This document shows, piece by piece, positions 9,990 to 19,040 of a stretch of 64,000 nt of DNA. Position numbers and translations under genes: made by a program. Source of the stretch: Thermoplasmatota archaeon (GTDB taxonomy: Archaea > Thermoplasmatota > E2 > JACPAO01 > JAHFTW01). Numbering within the stretch: the first letter of the stretch is position 1; each line of letters starts with the position of its first letter. The notes under the pieces were generated by a model that made no database searches, was not told where the DNA came from, and worked only from the letters and a program-made list of their open reading frames with translations. The DNA lies in the NCBI GenBank assembly GCA_038046725.1, contig JBBSVQ010000007.1, positions 88,306 to 152,305 on the forward strand, given 5' to 3'.

Positions 9990-10860
9990 CGGCGCGGGGA
10001 AGGACGTTGAAGATCAACCCGGCGAAGAGCCCGAGGACGCCGACGAGGACGAGCGTCATCGCCAACAGGACCCAGCCGGGCGCGAAGATGCCCGTCGCCT
10101 GGTAGATGTACACGGAGTAGGCGCCGAAGGCGGTGCCCAAGCCGAGCAGCACGAAGCCGGGGCCTGCAAGGTAGAGCAGGGGATGCAGAAGGCCGATCTG
10201 CACGAGGAGTTCGTTCAGGACGCCGCCTGCGTGCTGCACCGGGCCCTGCGTTGAGCCGTCCACGTCGTAGCGGCAATGGATGGGCGTCTCGGCGATGCGC
10301 AGGCCGGCCTGGTGGGCGTCCATGAGGAGTTGCGATTCCACGGAGAAGCCTGCCTGGCGCGGGGCGATGGCGTCGAGTGCCTTGCGGCTGTAGGCGCGGA
10401 AGCCGCTTTGCGAATCGGTGACCTTTGGGAGCCCCGACTTCGATGCGCTGCCGGCGGCGGTCGCGTAGTCGAGGACGCGTTTGCCGGCGCGGCGCCACAG
10501 GGGCATCTGCGTGCGCTCGCCCCAACGGGAGCCGATGACGAAGTCGGCGCCGTCGCGCAGGCGGGCCAAGAGAAGCGGGATTTCTCCGGCGTCATGCTGG
10601 CCGTCGCCGTCCAGGACGACGAGGGCGTCGAAGCCGCCGGCGCGGGCGTGCGCCCACAGCGTCTCGTAGGCCTTGCCCTTGCCGCCGTTGCTTGCGTGCT
10701 GGAGGACCGTTGCGCCTGCGAGTCGCGCAACCTCCGCGGTGTGGTCCGTGGACCCGTCGTCGACGACGACCACCTCGTCCCCATGCGGGCGGGCGCGCAG
10801 GACGACGGAGCCGAGGGCGACGTCCTCGTTGAGGCAGGGGATGGCAATCAGGACGCGCAA
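9967..10860 (-). CDS. GT2 polyprenol-phosphate glycosyltransferase (DPM1-like) with two C-terminal TM helices
   Basis: IPCLNE, VVDDGSTD, NGGKGKA, LDGDGQHD, TDSQSGFRAYS. Confidence 0.9.
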   Translation of the reverse strand: MRVLIAIPCLNEDVALGSVVLRARPHGDEVVVVDDGSTDHTAEVARLAGATVLQHASNGGKGKAYETLWAHARAGGFDALVVLDGDGQHDAGEIPLLLARLRDGADFVIGSRWGERTQMPLWRRAGKRVLDYATAAGSASKSGLPKVTDSQSGFRAYSRKALDAIAPRQAGFSVESQLLMDAHQAGLRIAETPIHCRYDVDGSTQGPVQHAGGVLNELLVQIGLLHPLLYLAGPGFVLLGLGTAFGAYSVYIYQATGIFAPGWVLLAMTLVLVGVLGLFAGLIFNVLPRAVKRALRP

Positions 10861-10911
10861 CGCCGAGGGGACTCGACCGCGAAATATGAGGGCATGGGAA
10901 GCGTCCCGTGG

Positions 10912-11391
10912 TCACGCTGCAAGGGCGCACGCTTGCACGGACATGGTCTGCTGGAACACGAGCGTCTGGGTGGTCGCGTGGCGGAGGGTGATCTCGACCG
11001 CGCCCGGAGCGCCCAGGGCGCACACGGAGAGGGCATCGCCTCCAACGACCTGCTGCCCCGTGGTGGCCAGGGGGACGAAAGCTGTGCCGGGGGAAAGGGT
11101 TCCGTGCAGGGCATCGGCGTGACCGTCGAGGCGCACGCGGGCGGGGACATCGGTGCGGACCTCGACGTCCTGCCAGTCGGCGTCCGGGTCGCCCAGGACA
11201 ACGAGGAGGCGGTCGCTGCCGTCGTCGCTCCAGATGCCGATGTTGGGGGCGGCGTCGGGGTTGTTGTTGGCGATTTCGCGTGCAAAATAGAAGCCACCCG
11301 CCAGGACAACGGCGGATCCGATGAGGAACAGGGTCGTGATGAGGGGGCTCGTGGAGCTTGAGGACCTGCGCCACGACGCCATCGCATCCAT
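10912..11391 (-). CDS. Archaeal type IV pilin-like protein
   Basis: Class III-like signal RRSSSSTSPLITTLFLIGSAVVLAGGFY; AGGAGG ribosome-binding site just upstream of the ATG at 11391. Confidence 0.7.
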   Translation of the reverse strand: MDAMASWRRSSSSTSPLITTLFLIGSAVVLAGGFYFAREIANNNPDAAPNIGIWSDDGSDRLLVVLGDPDADWQDVEVRTDVPARVRLDGHADALHGTLSPGTAFVPLATTGQQVVGGDALSVCALGAPGAVEITLRHATTQTLVFQQTMSVQACALAA

Positions 11392-11503
11392 TGGCCTCCT
11401 GCGGGTATAAGAGGCGCCGTCCGAGGGGTTATCAAGACCCCTTGGGACCGCTGCGCGGCGTCGGGCCACAACCATCTTCAGCGGGTGCCGGACTCGCGCG
11501 CCC

Positions 11504-12838
11504 GTGCGCTTGCTCCTGCTCGCCCTCGTTGCCCTTCCCGTCCTGGCCGGCTGCGTTGCCGAGGATGACACGCCGGGGTCCGGTGGCGTCCTGCCCGACG
11601 TCGTGCCGCCCTTCACGCTCGCATTCCTGCCTCCCGTCGACCTCGTGTGCCCATCGGACGGCGTGCAGTACACGGTCCTGGACATCCTGGGCGACTGCGG
11701 GGCTTTCGGGGAGCCCGTCATCGAGGTCGCGGGCGACGGGACCATTTGGGCGTCGGCGACGTGTTGCGTCGGCCGCAGCCCCCCGATTTGGGTGTCGCGC
11801 GACGGCGGCCAGAACTTTGACCTCCTGCCCTTCGGAGACCGCACGGGCCTCGTGCGCGACGCGTTCGGCATCGAGGGCGACTTCGCCATCGACGACGCGG
11901 GCAACGTCTTCTTCTTCGACATCTCCGCCGCGACGACGTGGTTCACGAAGTACCTCGCTGACGGGACGCACGTCATGACGAAGGCCGACGTCTTCCCCCC
12001 GCTCGTGGACCGCCCCTGGGTTCGCGCCGGCGTCGCGGACGAGGCGTGGGTCTTCTACAACACGGGTACGGCCACGAACCTGTTCCACTCCACCGATGGC
12101 GGGCTGACCTGGAGCCTGCTTGCCGTCGGCTTCGACTGCGGCCTGATGACCTTCGGCCAGGGCCCCGTGCGCGACCGCCTCTTCGTGGCCGGCTGCGCAG
12201 GCGACCCCGCCCTGTGGATCTCCGAGGATGGGGGCACCACCTTCGGCGAACGCATCGACCTGCCCGTGCCCGACCTCGGCGTCCCCGTCTCCGAGTTGCC
12301 CAACGGCACCGGCACGGACGCCTTCATGCCGCCCGTCGCCGATGAGGCCGGCAACATCTACGTCCCGTTCATTTACGCAAATGACCGCGACGCCAAACAG
12401 TTGGGGTTGTACGTCGACGTCGTCCACCCCGACGGCGCCATCGTGGGCCCCATCCTCGTCTCCGGCGACCTGCCGTGGAATGCCATGCCGTGGGGCGCCG
12501 CCGGCCTTGAGGGTCGCTTCGCCGTGTCGTGGTACGCCGCCGATGAGCCGCCGGAGAACGCCAGCAAGGCGACCTGGACCCTGCAGGTGGCCGCGACGCT
12601 CAACGGCAGCGCGGACCAGCCGGTCTTTGTGCGCCAGCAGGCCGACCCCGAGCCCGTCCTCGAGGACCAAGCCCTTGGCCGCAGCCTCGGCGACTTCCTC
12701 GAGGCGGACGTGGGACCGGACGGGCGCTACTACACGATCTACGCCCGCCGCGTCGACGGATTCCTCGTCAACCGCGTGGTCATCACGGACGGCCTGGACC
12801 TCGGACCGGGCGTGCCGCACAACGGGCCGCTGGCGTAG
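11504..12838 (+). CDS. Lipoprotein with BNR/Asp-box (sialidase-like propeller) repeats
   Basis: Lipobox LAGC; SRDGGQNF, STDGGLTW, SEDGGTTF Asp-boxes. Confidence 0.8.
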   Translation: MRLLLLALVALPVLAGCVAEDDTPGSGGVLPDVVPPFTLAFLPPVDLVCPSDGVQYTVLDILGDCGAFGEPVIEVAGDGTIWASATCCVGRSPPIWVSRDGGQNFDLLPFGDRTGLVRDAFGIEGDFAIDDAGNVFFFDISAATTWFTKYLADGTHVMTKADVFPPLVDRPWVRAGVADEAWVFYNTGTATNLFHSTDGGLTWSLLAVGFDCGLMTFGQGPVRDRLFVAGCAGDPALWISEDGGTTFGERIDLPVPDLGVPVSELPNGTGTDAFMPPVADEAGNIYVPFIYANDRDAKQLGLYVDVVHPDGAIVGPILVSGDLPWNAMPWGAAGLEGRFAVSWYAADEPPENASKATWTLQVAATLNGSADQPVFVRQQADPEPVLEDQALGRSLGDFLEADVGPDGRYYTIYARRVDGFLVNRVVITDGLDLGPGVPHNGPLA

Positions 12839-12878
12839 AACCCGGCATCCTCAAGTCCAGGCCACGGGTCGCTTCGTC

Positions 12879-13265
12879 GTGCGCCTGCGCAGCGATTCGC
12901 AAGCGGCCTCGCCGCTCGTGGTCATCGCGACCTTCGTCCTGGGCGCAATCGTGCTCACGGCCATCGCGTACGCCTTCCTCCTCGACCGCCCCGAGCCCCG
13001 CCTGCAACTCGTTGCCGTCGATGACGCGGGCGGCGTGTCCTTCGAAGTCACACACGAGGGCGGGTCCCTGGACTGGGACGGCATCACGCTGCGCTTCCTG
13101 GACCGCGCCGGAACCGATCAGGCGGGCAATTTCCTGCAGCCACCCACGGGCGACGTGGACAAGGGGGACCGCATCGGCGTGTCGCCGCTGCCTCCCGCCG
13201 GAACCTACCTGCTGCTCGTCATGAGCGACGGCGACGAGCTCTCCCGCTTGGTCGTGGAATTCTAG
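12879..13265 (+). CDS. Archaeal type IV pilin-like protein
   Basis: GTG start; RLRSDSQAASPLVVIATFVLGAIVLTAIAY class III-like signal followed by a small beta domain. Confidence 0.7.
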   Translation: MRLRSDSQAASPLVVIATFVLGAIVLTAIAYAFLLDRPEPRLQLVAVDDAGGVSFEVTHEGGSLDWDGITLRFLDRAGTDQAGNFLQPPTGDVDKGDRIGVSPLPPAGTYLLLVMSDGDELSRLVVEF

Positions 13266-13278
13266 GCCTCGTTCCAGT

Positions 13279-13701
13279 GTGCCCGGCCACACCGGGCCCC
13301 GGGTTCCCACACAGAACCTCTTTCATCCCCCGGGGGGATTCCTGCGGGCTTTGGGCGAGTACGAGTTCCTGCATTATCCCCCAGACGCGGTTCAGGTGGA
13401 CGCCGACCGCTACGGGCGTCTGCCCGAGTCCGCACGTCGGGTTTTCGCTGCCGTTCGCGACGATGGTCCCCTGACGCACGCGGACCTGCGCCGTCGCACC
13501 GGCTTGCCGCCGCGCACCGTGCGCTTCGCCGTCAAGCGCCTCAAGGACGAGGGGCTCGTCGATACGCGCAGCAGCTTGCGCGACTGCCGCAACACCTACT
13601 TCTTCGTGTCCAGGGCCTGCCTCGACGACGGGGCCATTGCGGAGCAGCGCCGGCGCGCCGAGGAGGCCGGCCGCCAGGGCCGCCTCATCGAGCACGTGTA
13701 G
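13279..13701 (+). CDS. Winged-helix transcriptional regulator
   Basis: LPESARRVF...GPLTHADLRRRTGLPPRTVRFAVKRLKDEGLV...SLRDCRNTYF. Confidence 0.8.
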   Translation: MPGHTGPRVPTQNLFHPPGGFLRALGEYEFLHYPPDAVQVDADRYGRLPESARRVFAAVRDDGPLTHADLRRRTGLPPRTVRFAVKRLKDEGLVDTRSSLRDCRNTYFFVSRACLDDGAIAEQRRRAEEAGRQGRLIEHV

Positions 13702-13747
13702 GCGCGGGACCCGGCAAATCCAAGTGCGACGGCCGAATCAGAAGCCG

Positions 13748-14113
13748 ATGGTGCGCGTTGCCTGGCTTTCGATTGCCTTGCTTGTCGTCCTCGGCATGCT
13801 CGGGTCCCTGACCTACGTCACGTGGGGTGCCAGCGACGAGCGCGACGCGGCCCAGGACTTCGAGACGGTGTACGTCATCGTGGGCTGGCTGGCCATCGCC
13901 GGCTCCCTCCTCGTCGGCGCCCTCGGCTTGTGGGCGCGCGCACCCGCCACGCTTGCGACGGCCCTCGGCGTCGTCGGTGCGGGAGCGTTCGCCGGTGCGT
14001 GGCTGACACAGTTCGTGGAGGATGGCGACGCATCCGGCCTGCACTTGGGCATGGTCATCGCCTTCACGGGCGTGCTGGTCGCCTTCGCGGCCTCGGCTCG
14101 CCGCCCGGCTTGA
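13748..14113 (+). CDS. Small 4-TM membrane protein
   Basis: Four hydrophobic segments; GC-rich third codon positions. Confidence 0.65.
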   Translation: MVRVAWLSIALLVVLGMLGSLTYVTWGASDERDAAQDFETVYVIVGWLAIAGSLLVGALGLWARAPATLATALGVVGAGAFAGAWLTQFVEDGDASGLHLGMVIAFTGVLVAFAASARRPA

Positions 14114-14116
14114 CGC

Positions 14117-15655
14117 CTAGGCAGGCGGGATTCCGGCTGGGACGCGGGCGGCCGTGGCGGGCGGCACGTACACGCCGAGGTCCGTGAGGACGGCGTGGTA
14201 GAACGGGAACAACATCACGGTCTCCCAGGAGTCCGCGAGGGCCTGCCGGCCGAGTTCGAAGTCCTCGATGGACGAGAAGTCGGCGTCGAAGTCGGTGTCG
14301 GTGCCGTACACAGAGTACTTCGTGAGGTTGGCCAGCGTGTCCTTCTCGTTGTGGATGCCCACGCCGCCTTGGCCGAGGGCGTCGCCGTTGAAGATGAAGT
14401 ACGCCGGGATGCCGGCGGCCATGAAGGGCGTGTGGTCGCTCTGGGCGTTGACCGCGGCGTAGCCGGAGGCCTGGCCGCTGGCGATGCCCTCGTAGTAGAA
14501 CACGTCCGTCCCGTTGACCTCCTCAGGGAAGCCGAACCAGTCCTGCTGCAGGGTCTGCGCCCAGCCCAGGAGGTCCTGGCTGATCGGGTCGCCGGTCGCG
14601 CCGCCCATGCCGGACGGCACATCGGGGCCCGCCGAGATGACGATGGGGTCGATCTGCGGGGACAAGGGCGCGGGCCAGCTCATGCCGACGACGTCGAGGT
14701 TCCAGTAGCTCAGGATGCGGGCACGCATCTCGGGGTTGCTTTGCACCCAGAACTGCGAGCCGAGGATGCCGTCCTCCTCGCCGCCCCACAGGCCGAAGGC
14801 GATGGTGTAGCGGAAGTCGTACGGGGCAAGCGCACGGGCCAGCTCCATCGTGGTGACGACGCCGGAGGTGTCGTCGAAGGCGGCATGCGTCGTGCCCGGC
14901 ACCATGTCGTAGTGGCCGCCGGCGACGAAGATGACCTTGGACGGGTCCTCGGTTCCGGGCTTCATGGCGACGATGTTGGCCATCGACTCGGGGCATAGCT
15001 GGCCCTCAAGGCCGACGGGCACGCAGCCGATGACGTCGGTCTGGCCCTGCAGGTTGTAGGGATCGACGTCGACGTCGTAGCCGAGGTCGCGGAAGTACTG
15101 GGCGAAGTAGGTGATGCTCAGGCCGTAGTTCGGCATGCCCGGCGTGCGGTGCGGGAAGTTCGCCTCCTGGTACTCCTCGAGAACGTAGGCGTTCTCGCCG
15201 GAGACGATCTGCGTCTCGGATTCCTGGTAGGCGGCGATGCCGGCTGGGCTCAGCGTGAACGATTCCCCGGCCACGGAGACGGTGACGTCTTGCGCCGAGG
15301 GGGGCGCGAGGAAGAACTGCTTGACACCGGGCTGCAGCTCGAACGACGCGGGGGCGACGCTGAAGGAGCCCGACGTGCCGTTGTCGCCGCTGATGAGGAG
15401 GAACTTGTCCGGCAAGCCGACGGACAGCGGGCCGTCGCCCTTGTTCCAGGCCTTTCCGATGGCTCCTGGCGCGAAGTCGAAGTGGAAGAGTCCGCCTTGG
15501 ACACCAAACTCGAAGTGATACAGGTCGTTGGCCGGCTCATAGCGGGGATATCCCGCGGTGAACCTGTCCGGTTCGTCGCCCGAGCCGGAGTTGAGGCAGC
15601 CGGAGGCGCTGGCAGCCACGAGGAGGGCGAGCGCCACGGGGGCGAGGATGCGCAT
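14117..15655 (-). CDS. M28-family metallopeptidase lipoprotein
   Basis: Lipobox ASGC; GGHYD, AFDDTSG, GGEEDGILGS, NLDVVG, SDHTPF, IHNEKDT. Confidence 0.88.
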   Translation of the reverse strand: MRILAPVALALLVAASASGCLNSGSGDEPDRFTAGYPRYEPANDLYHFEFGVQGGLFHFDFAPGAIGKAWNKGDGPLSVGLPDKFLLISGDNGTSGSFSVAPASFELQPGVKQFFLAPPSAQDVTVSVAGESFTLSPAGIAAYQESETQIVSGENAYVLEEYQEANFPHRTPGMPNYGLSITYFAQYFRDLGYDVDVDPYNLQGQTDVIGCVPVGLEGQLCPESMANIVAMKPGTEDPSKVIFVAGGHYDMVPGTTHAAFDDTSGVVTTMELARALAPYDFRYTIAFGLWGGEEDGILGSQFWVQSNPEMRARILSYWNLDVVGMSWPAPLSPQIDPIVISAGPDVPSGMGGATGDPISQDLLGWAQTLQQDWFGFPEEVNGTDVFYYEGIASGQASGYAAVNAQSDHTPFMAAGIPAYFIFNGDALGQGGVGIHNEKDTLANLTKYSVYGTDTDFDADFSSIEDFELGRQALADSWETVMLFPFYHAVLTDLGVYVPPATAARVPAGIPPA

Positions 15656-15774
15656 GGCCGTGGCGTGGGGCCGGCCCTTGATGACCTTTATCTCCCCCGG
15701 GGCCGCGGGCAGTGCCCTTCCCTGGCGCCCGGGGGGAAACCTTGATGGGGGCTGAAGGCTGACATGCCTAGGCT

Positions 15775-16215
15775 ATGCTGGTCGTCGAGCCCGTGCGAAA
15801 CACCGATGTCGACCCCGTCGCCAGGCTTGCCGTGCAGACGCTGCACGAGCGCTATTCTCCCGAGTGGCTGGCGGAGCACGCCAACCTCGACAATGGCACG
15901 TTCCTCGTCGCGCGCGACGTCCCCACCAACCAGGTGGTCGGCTTCGCCCTCGCGCAGTCGGGGGACGCCGAGGGCCACCTGCTTGCCCTGGCCGTTGATT
16001 CGCAGCGGCGCGGCCAAGGAATCGGTCGTGCCCTCCTGTCCGATGTGCGTGAGCAGATGCGCCGGAAGGGCGCCATGCGCCTGACGCTGGACGTTCGCTG
16101 GGACGACTCGGGCGCGCGCTTGTTCTACGCTCGGCAGGGCTTCGCCCCCGCAGGCATCAAAGAGGGAGTCTACTCGGACGGCACGGATGCCCTCGAGATG
16201 GCCAAGCCTCTGTAG
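15775..16215 (+). CDS. GNAT acetyltransferase (RimI/Ard1-like)
   Basis: LAVDSQRRGQGIGRALL acetyl-CoA motif; ARLFYARQGF; YSDGTDALEM. Confidence 0.85.
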   Translation: MLVVEPVRNTDVDPVARLAVQTLHERYSPEWLAEHANLDNGTFLVARDVPTNQVVGFALAQSGDAEGHLLALAVDSQRRGQGIGRALLSDVREQMRRKGAMRLTLDVRWDDSGARLFYARQGFAPAGIKEGVYSDGTDALEMAKPL

Positions 16216-16242
16216 GCCTGGCTTGAGGGTAGGAAAAGGGGG

Positions 16243-16599
16243 CTAGCGGCCCAGCGCGGCAAGCGCGAAGGCAGGGAGGTTCTGGTTGCGTGGGTCGGCC
16301 CCGCGCACCAAGTCCTCCTCGTCCTCTTCTGCCAGAGCGGCCGTGGCGAGGCGCAGGAAGCGCTCGCGCAGCCGGAGCTGGTGGTCCGGGTTGCCTTGCA
16401 TGATCACTTCAGCGAGCCCCTTGCCTAGGAAGAAGACGGCCCGCTTGTGGTCCGTCTTCGACTTGTGGATGTGCTGAGGAGAGCAGCTGAGACCGTCGTA
16501 TTCCCCGAACTCCCCACGAAGGGGCAATCCGGAGTCCTCGAGGTACCGCTTCACCTGGCACAACAGGCTATGGAGCTGCAGCAGCTCGTCCTTGTGCAT
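16243..16599 (-). CDS. UPF0058 family archaeal protein
   Basis: MHKDELLQLHSLL...PQHIHKSKTDHKRAVFFLG. Confidence 0.88.
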   Translation of the reverse strand: MHKDELLQLHSLLCQVKRYLEDSGLPLRGEFGEYDGLSCSPQHIHKSKTDHKRAVFFLGKGLAEVIMQGNPDHQLRLRERFLRLATAALAEEDEEDLVRGADPRNQNLPAFALAALGR

Positions 16600-17343
16600 C
16601 CCATTGTGGACAACGCAAAGCGCAGGATATATGTCTTGGGCCAGAAAGTGCCAGGAAAGAACCCATCCACGGGTTCCAACGCGTTTTCGTGATAACAGAC
16701 CTGGTCACGAGCCGGCCTTTTCGCCAGGGCCCTCCGAGGGCACCTAAAAGGCCTCCCGGAGCCCTCTCCGAAGCCCTCCGGTCAGGCCCGTTTTCCAGTG
16801 GAAATGGGGGTCATGCGATGCCATCCTGCCAAGCGAGGCCCAGAAAATCATCGGGCCAACAGGAAGAAACCAGGAGAGCCCAGCGAGGAAACTCCGTCGC
16901 AACAGAGGAAACTGCGACCGCCGCCTTCCGTTGCTCTCCTGGCACTGGCAAGCGCCGGCCCCCGGGAGAACCCGGTTCGGCGCCGGCGCTGCGCTTGCCG
17001 GCGGCCAGCACGCCATGCGACCGCGCCCGTTCGGTGGTCATGGCCGTCAACCTCCTTGCGCCTCCGACTCCGGCCACGACCAGACTCTGATGATGGCATG
17101 GCTTGGCGCGGGGCGCCGCATGGGCGCGCTTCGTGGGTCGTTTTGTTGGCAAGCCACCGGCGTCGGCGTCACAAGTCGTTGCTCGGTTCCGAGGAGGAAC
17201 GCAAGCCAGCGCTCACCGTGCCATAGACATGGTAGCCAAGCGCCGTCGTGGGCCTGCCCAAACTGTGGGCTGAGGCGTGGGACACGCCGAAGCCCACGCA
17301 TGGGGGTCCAGGGGGCCCGCAGGGCCCCCTAGCCCAGGTGAAC

Positions 17344-17385
17344 AACGAAACGCGTGAGGCCTCGAAGAGGCCGACGCGTTTCGTT
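17344..17385 (-). terminator. Stem-loop at the dnaG stop codon
   Basis: AACGAAACGCGT...ACGCGTTTCGTT 12-bp inverted repeat with inner GGCCTC/GAGGCC stem. Confidence 0.55.
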
Positions 17386-18829
17386 ACTGGAGATCGTCGC
17401 GAGTGAGAATCTCGACGGTGTCCGGCACCTTGGTGACGTTCCCCATCTTGACGCCCACGACGGTGGCGATCTTCTTCTCGGCCGCGATGTCGAGCAGGCG
17501 CTGCGTGATGACGCCATCGAAGACGACGGCGTGGACGCTCTCGCGCGAGCCCTTCAGGGTGTCCGCAAGCTCGCGAACGGCCAAGTCGCCTTGCAGGGAC
17601 TTGCCGGTGTCGTCGAGCAGGACGGCCTTCAGGGTTCCCGACAGGCCGCTGAGCTGCTCGCGGAACGCGGCGCGCACGTCGGCGGCGCCACGGGGGGCGC
17701 CTTCAACGGGTGCGGCGCGGGCCGGGGCGTCGCCCTCGGCGCGAGCCTCGCGCGGGGCTTCGCTGCGCTCGCCGCGCGGCTCGTCGCCGCCGCGGCGTTC
17801 GTCGCGTCCGCCGCCGCGGCGGTCGTCGCGGCGCTCGCCACGGCCACCGCGGCGGTCATCGCCGCCACGGCGGTCGTCGCGGCGCTCCTCGCGCATCGGG
17901 CGCTCGGGACGCGCCGGGCTGGCGTCCTCGGAGCCGAATTCGTCGGAGCCGTCCTTGACGGCCGGCTTCATGCCGGAGCCCTCGGGGCGCTTGATGGACA
18001 GGCCCATCTGCGAGATGAACTGGTCCGCGGTGAGCTTGTTCTTGAGGCACTTCATCACGAGCTTGTGCGGCAGTTCCTCGACCTCGCGGGTCGCGGGGGC
18101 GCGGGCGACGAAGTCAACCTCGCACGTCTGCAGCAGTTCCTTGGCGATGAGTTCGCCGCCGCGGTCACCGTCGACGAAGAGGATGGTGGTCTTCTCCTTG
18201 GACAGCTCCTTGACCTCGTCGGGGACGCTGGTGCCCTCGACGGCGATGGCGTTCTTGATGCCGCACTTGAGGAGGTTGACGACGTCGTTGCGCCCCTCGA
18301 CGATGATGACGGAGTCGCTGGAGTCGACGTTCGGGCCGGCGGGCAGCTTCGTGTTGCGGAACTTCGTGATCTCGGCGATCTGGACCGCGGAGCGGACCTC
18401 GTCGGCGATCTTGTCGGAGTTCTGGCCGGGGGCCTCGTTGATGGTGGCCAGGAGTTCCTTGGCGCGGTCGACGACTTGCTTGCGGCGCGAGTCGCGGGTG
18501 TCGGAGATCTCGAGGACCTTGATGACGGCCTTGGCGGGGCCGATGCGGTCGATGGTCTCCAGGCCGGCGGCCAGGATGGCGGACTCGACCTTGTCGAGGG
18601 CCGAGGGGAGCAGGATGGTGCCCGTGGTCTTGCCGCCGCGGGTCTCGATGTCAACCTCGACGCGGCCGATGCGGGCGGACTTCTGCAAGTCGCGCATGTC
18701 CAACTCGTTTCCGAGGAGGCCTTCGGTCTGGCCGAAGACGGCGCCGATGATGTCGGGCTTCTCGACGACGCCGTCGGCTTGGACGGACGCCTTGATCAGG
18801 TATTTCGTGGTGCTTGGATCGACAGCCAT
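17384..18829 (-). CDS. dnaG: Archaeal DnaG (TOPRIM primase-like, exosome-associated)
   Basis: GVVEKPDIIGAVFGQTEGLLG, LQKSARIGR, IIVEGRNDVVNLL, DGDRGG, VFDGVITQRLLD. Confidence 0.95.
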   Translation of the reverse strand: MAVDPSTTKYLIKASVQADGVVEKPDIIGAVFGQTEGLLGNELDMRDLQKSARIGRVEVDIETRGGKTTGTILLPSALDKVESAILAAGLETIDRIGPAKAVIKVLEISDTRDSRRKQVVDRAKELLATINEAPGQNSDKIADEVRSAVQIAEITKFRNTKLPAGPNVDSSDSVIIVEGRNDVVNLLKCGIKNAIAVEGTSVPDEVKELSKEKTTILFVDGDRGGELIAKELLQTCEVDFVARAPATREVEELPHKLVMKCLKNKLTADQFISQMGLSIKRPEGSGMKPAVKDGSDEFGSEDASPARPERPMREERRDDRRGGDDRRGGRGERRDDRRGGGRDERRGGDEPRGERSEAPREARAEGDAPARAAPVEGAPRGAADVRAAFREQLSGLSGTLKAVLLDDTGKSLQGDLAVRELADTLKGSRESVHAVVFDGVITQRLLDIAAEKKIATVVGVKMGNVTKVPDTVEILTRDDLQ

Positions 18830-19040
18830 TGTGGGTGTTTCCTGGGACGGACCCCGGGTGTCACGAGTGGCCGCCGTTGGGCGGTCGGTGGGCGAAAGCG
18901 GCACTTTAGTGCGGCTTTTTGGCCCAGGGAGTCGGCATGGAGCCGACGGTGAACGTGAGGGGGTTGGGCGCGGGGCGCCAATGGGCACCCGGGGCCGTCT
19001 CCAATCCAGGACGTGGGCCCGCCGTATTTAAAGGCTCTGC

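Noticed and set aside
16880-16925. RNase P RNA (GAGGAAACTCC and GCAACAGAG-like words)
   Set aside because: The two motifs are only a few nt apart, and the 3' P4 partner (AACAGAA...GCTTA) could not be found.
16811-17152. Minus-strand ORF with GGAGG before an internal ATG
   Set aside because: Composition is not protein-like and codon usage is atypical; the region is better explained by RNA stems, though a small peptide is not excluded.
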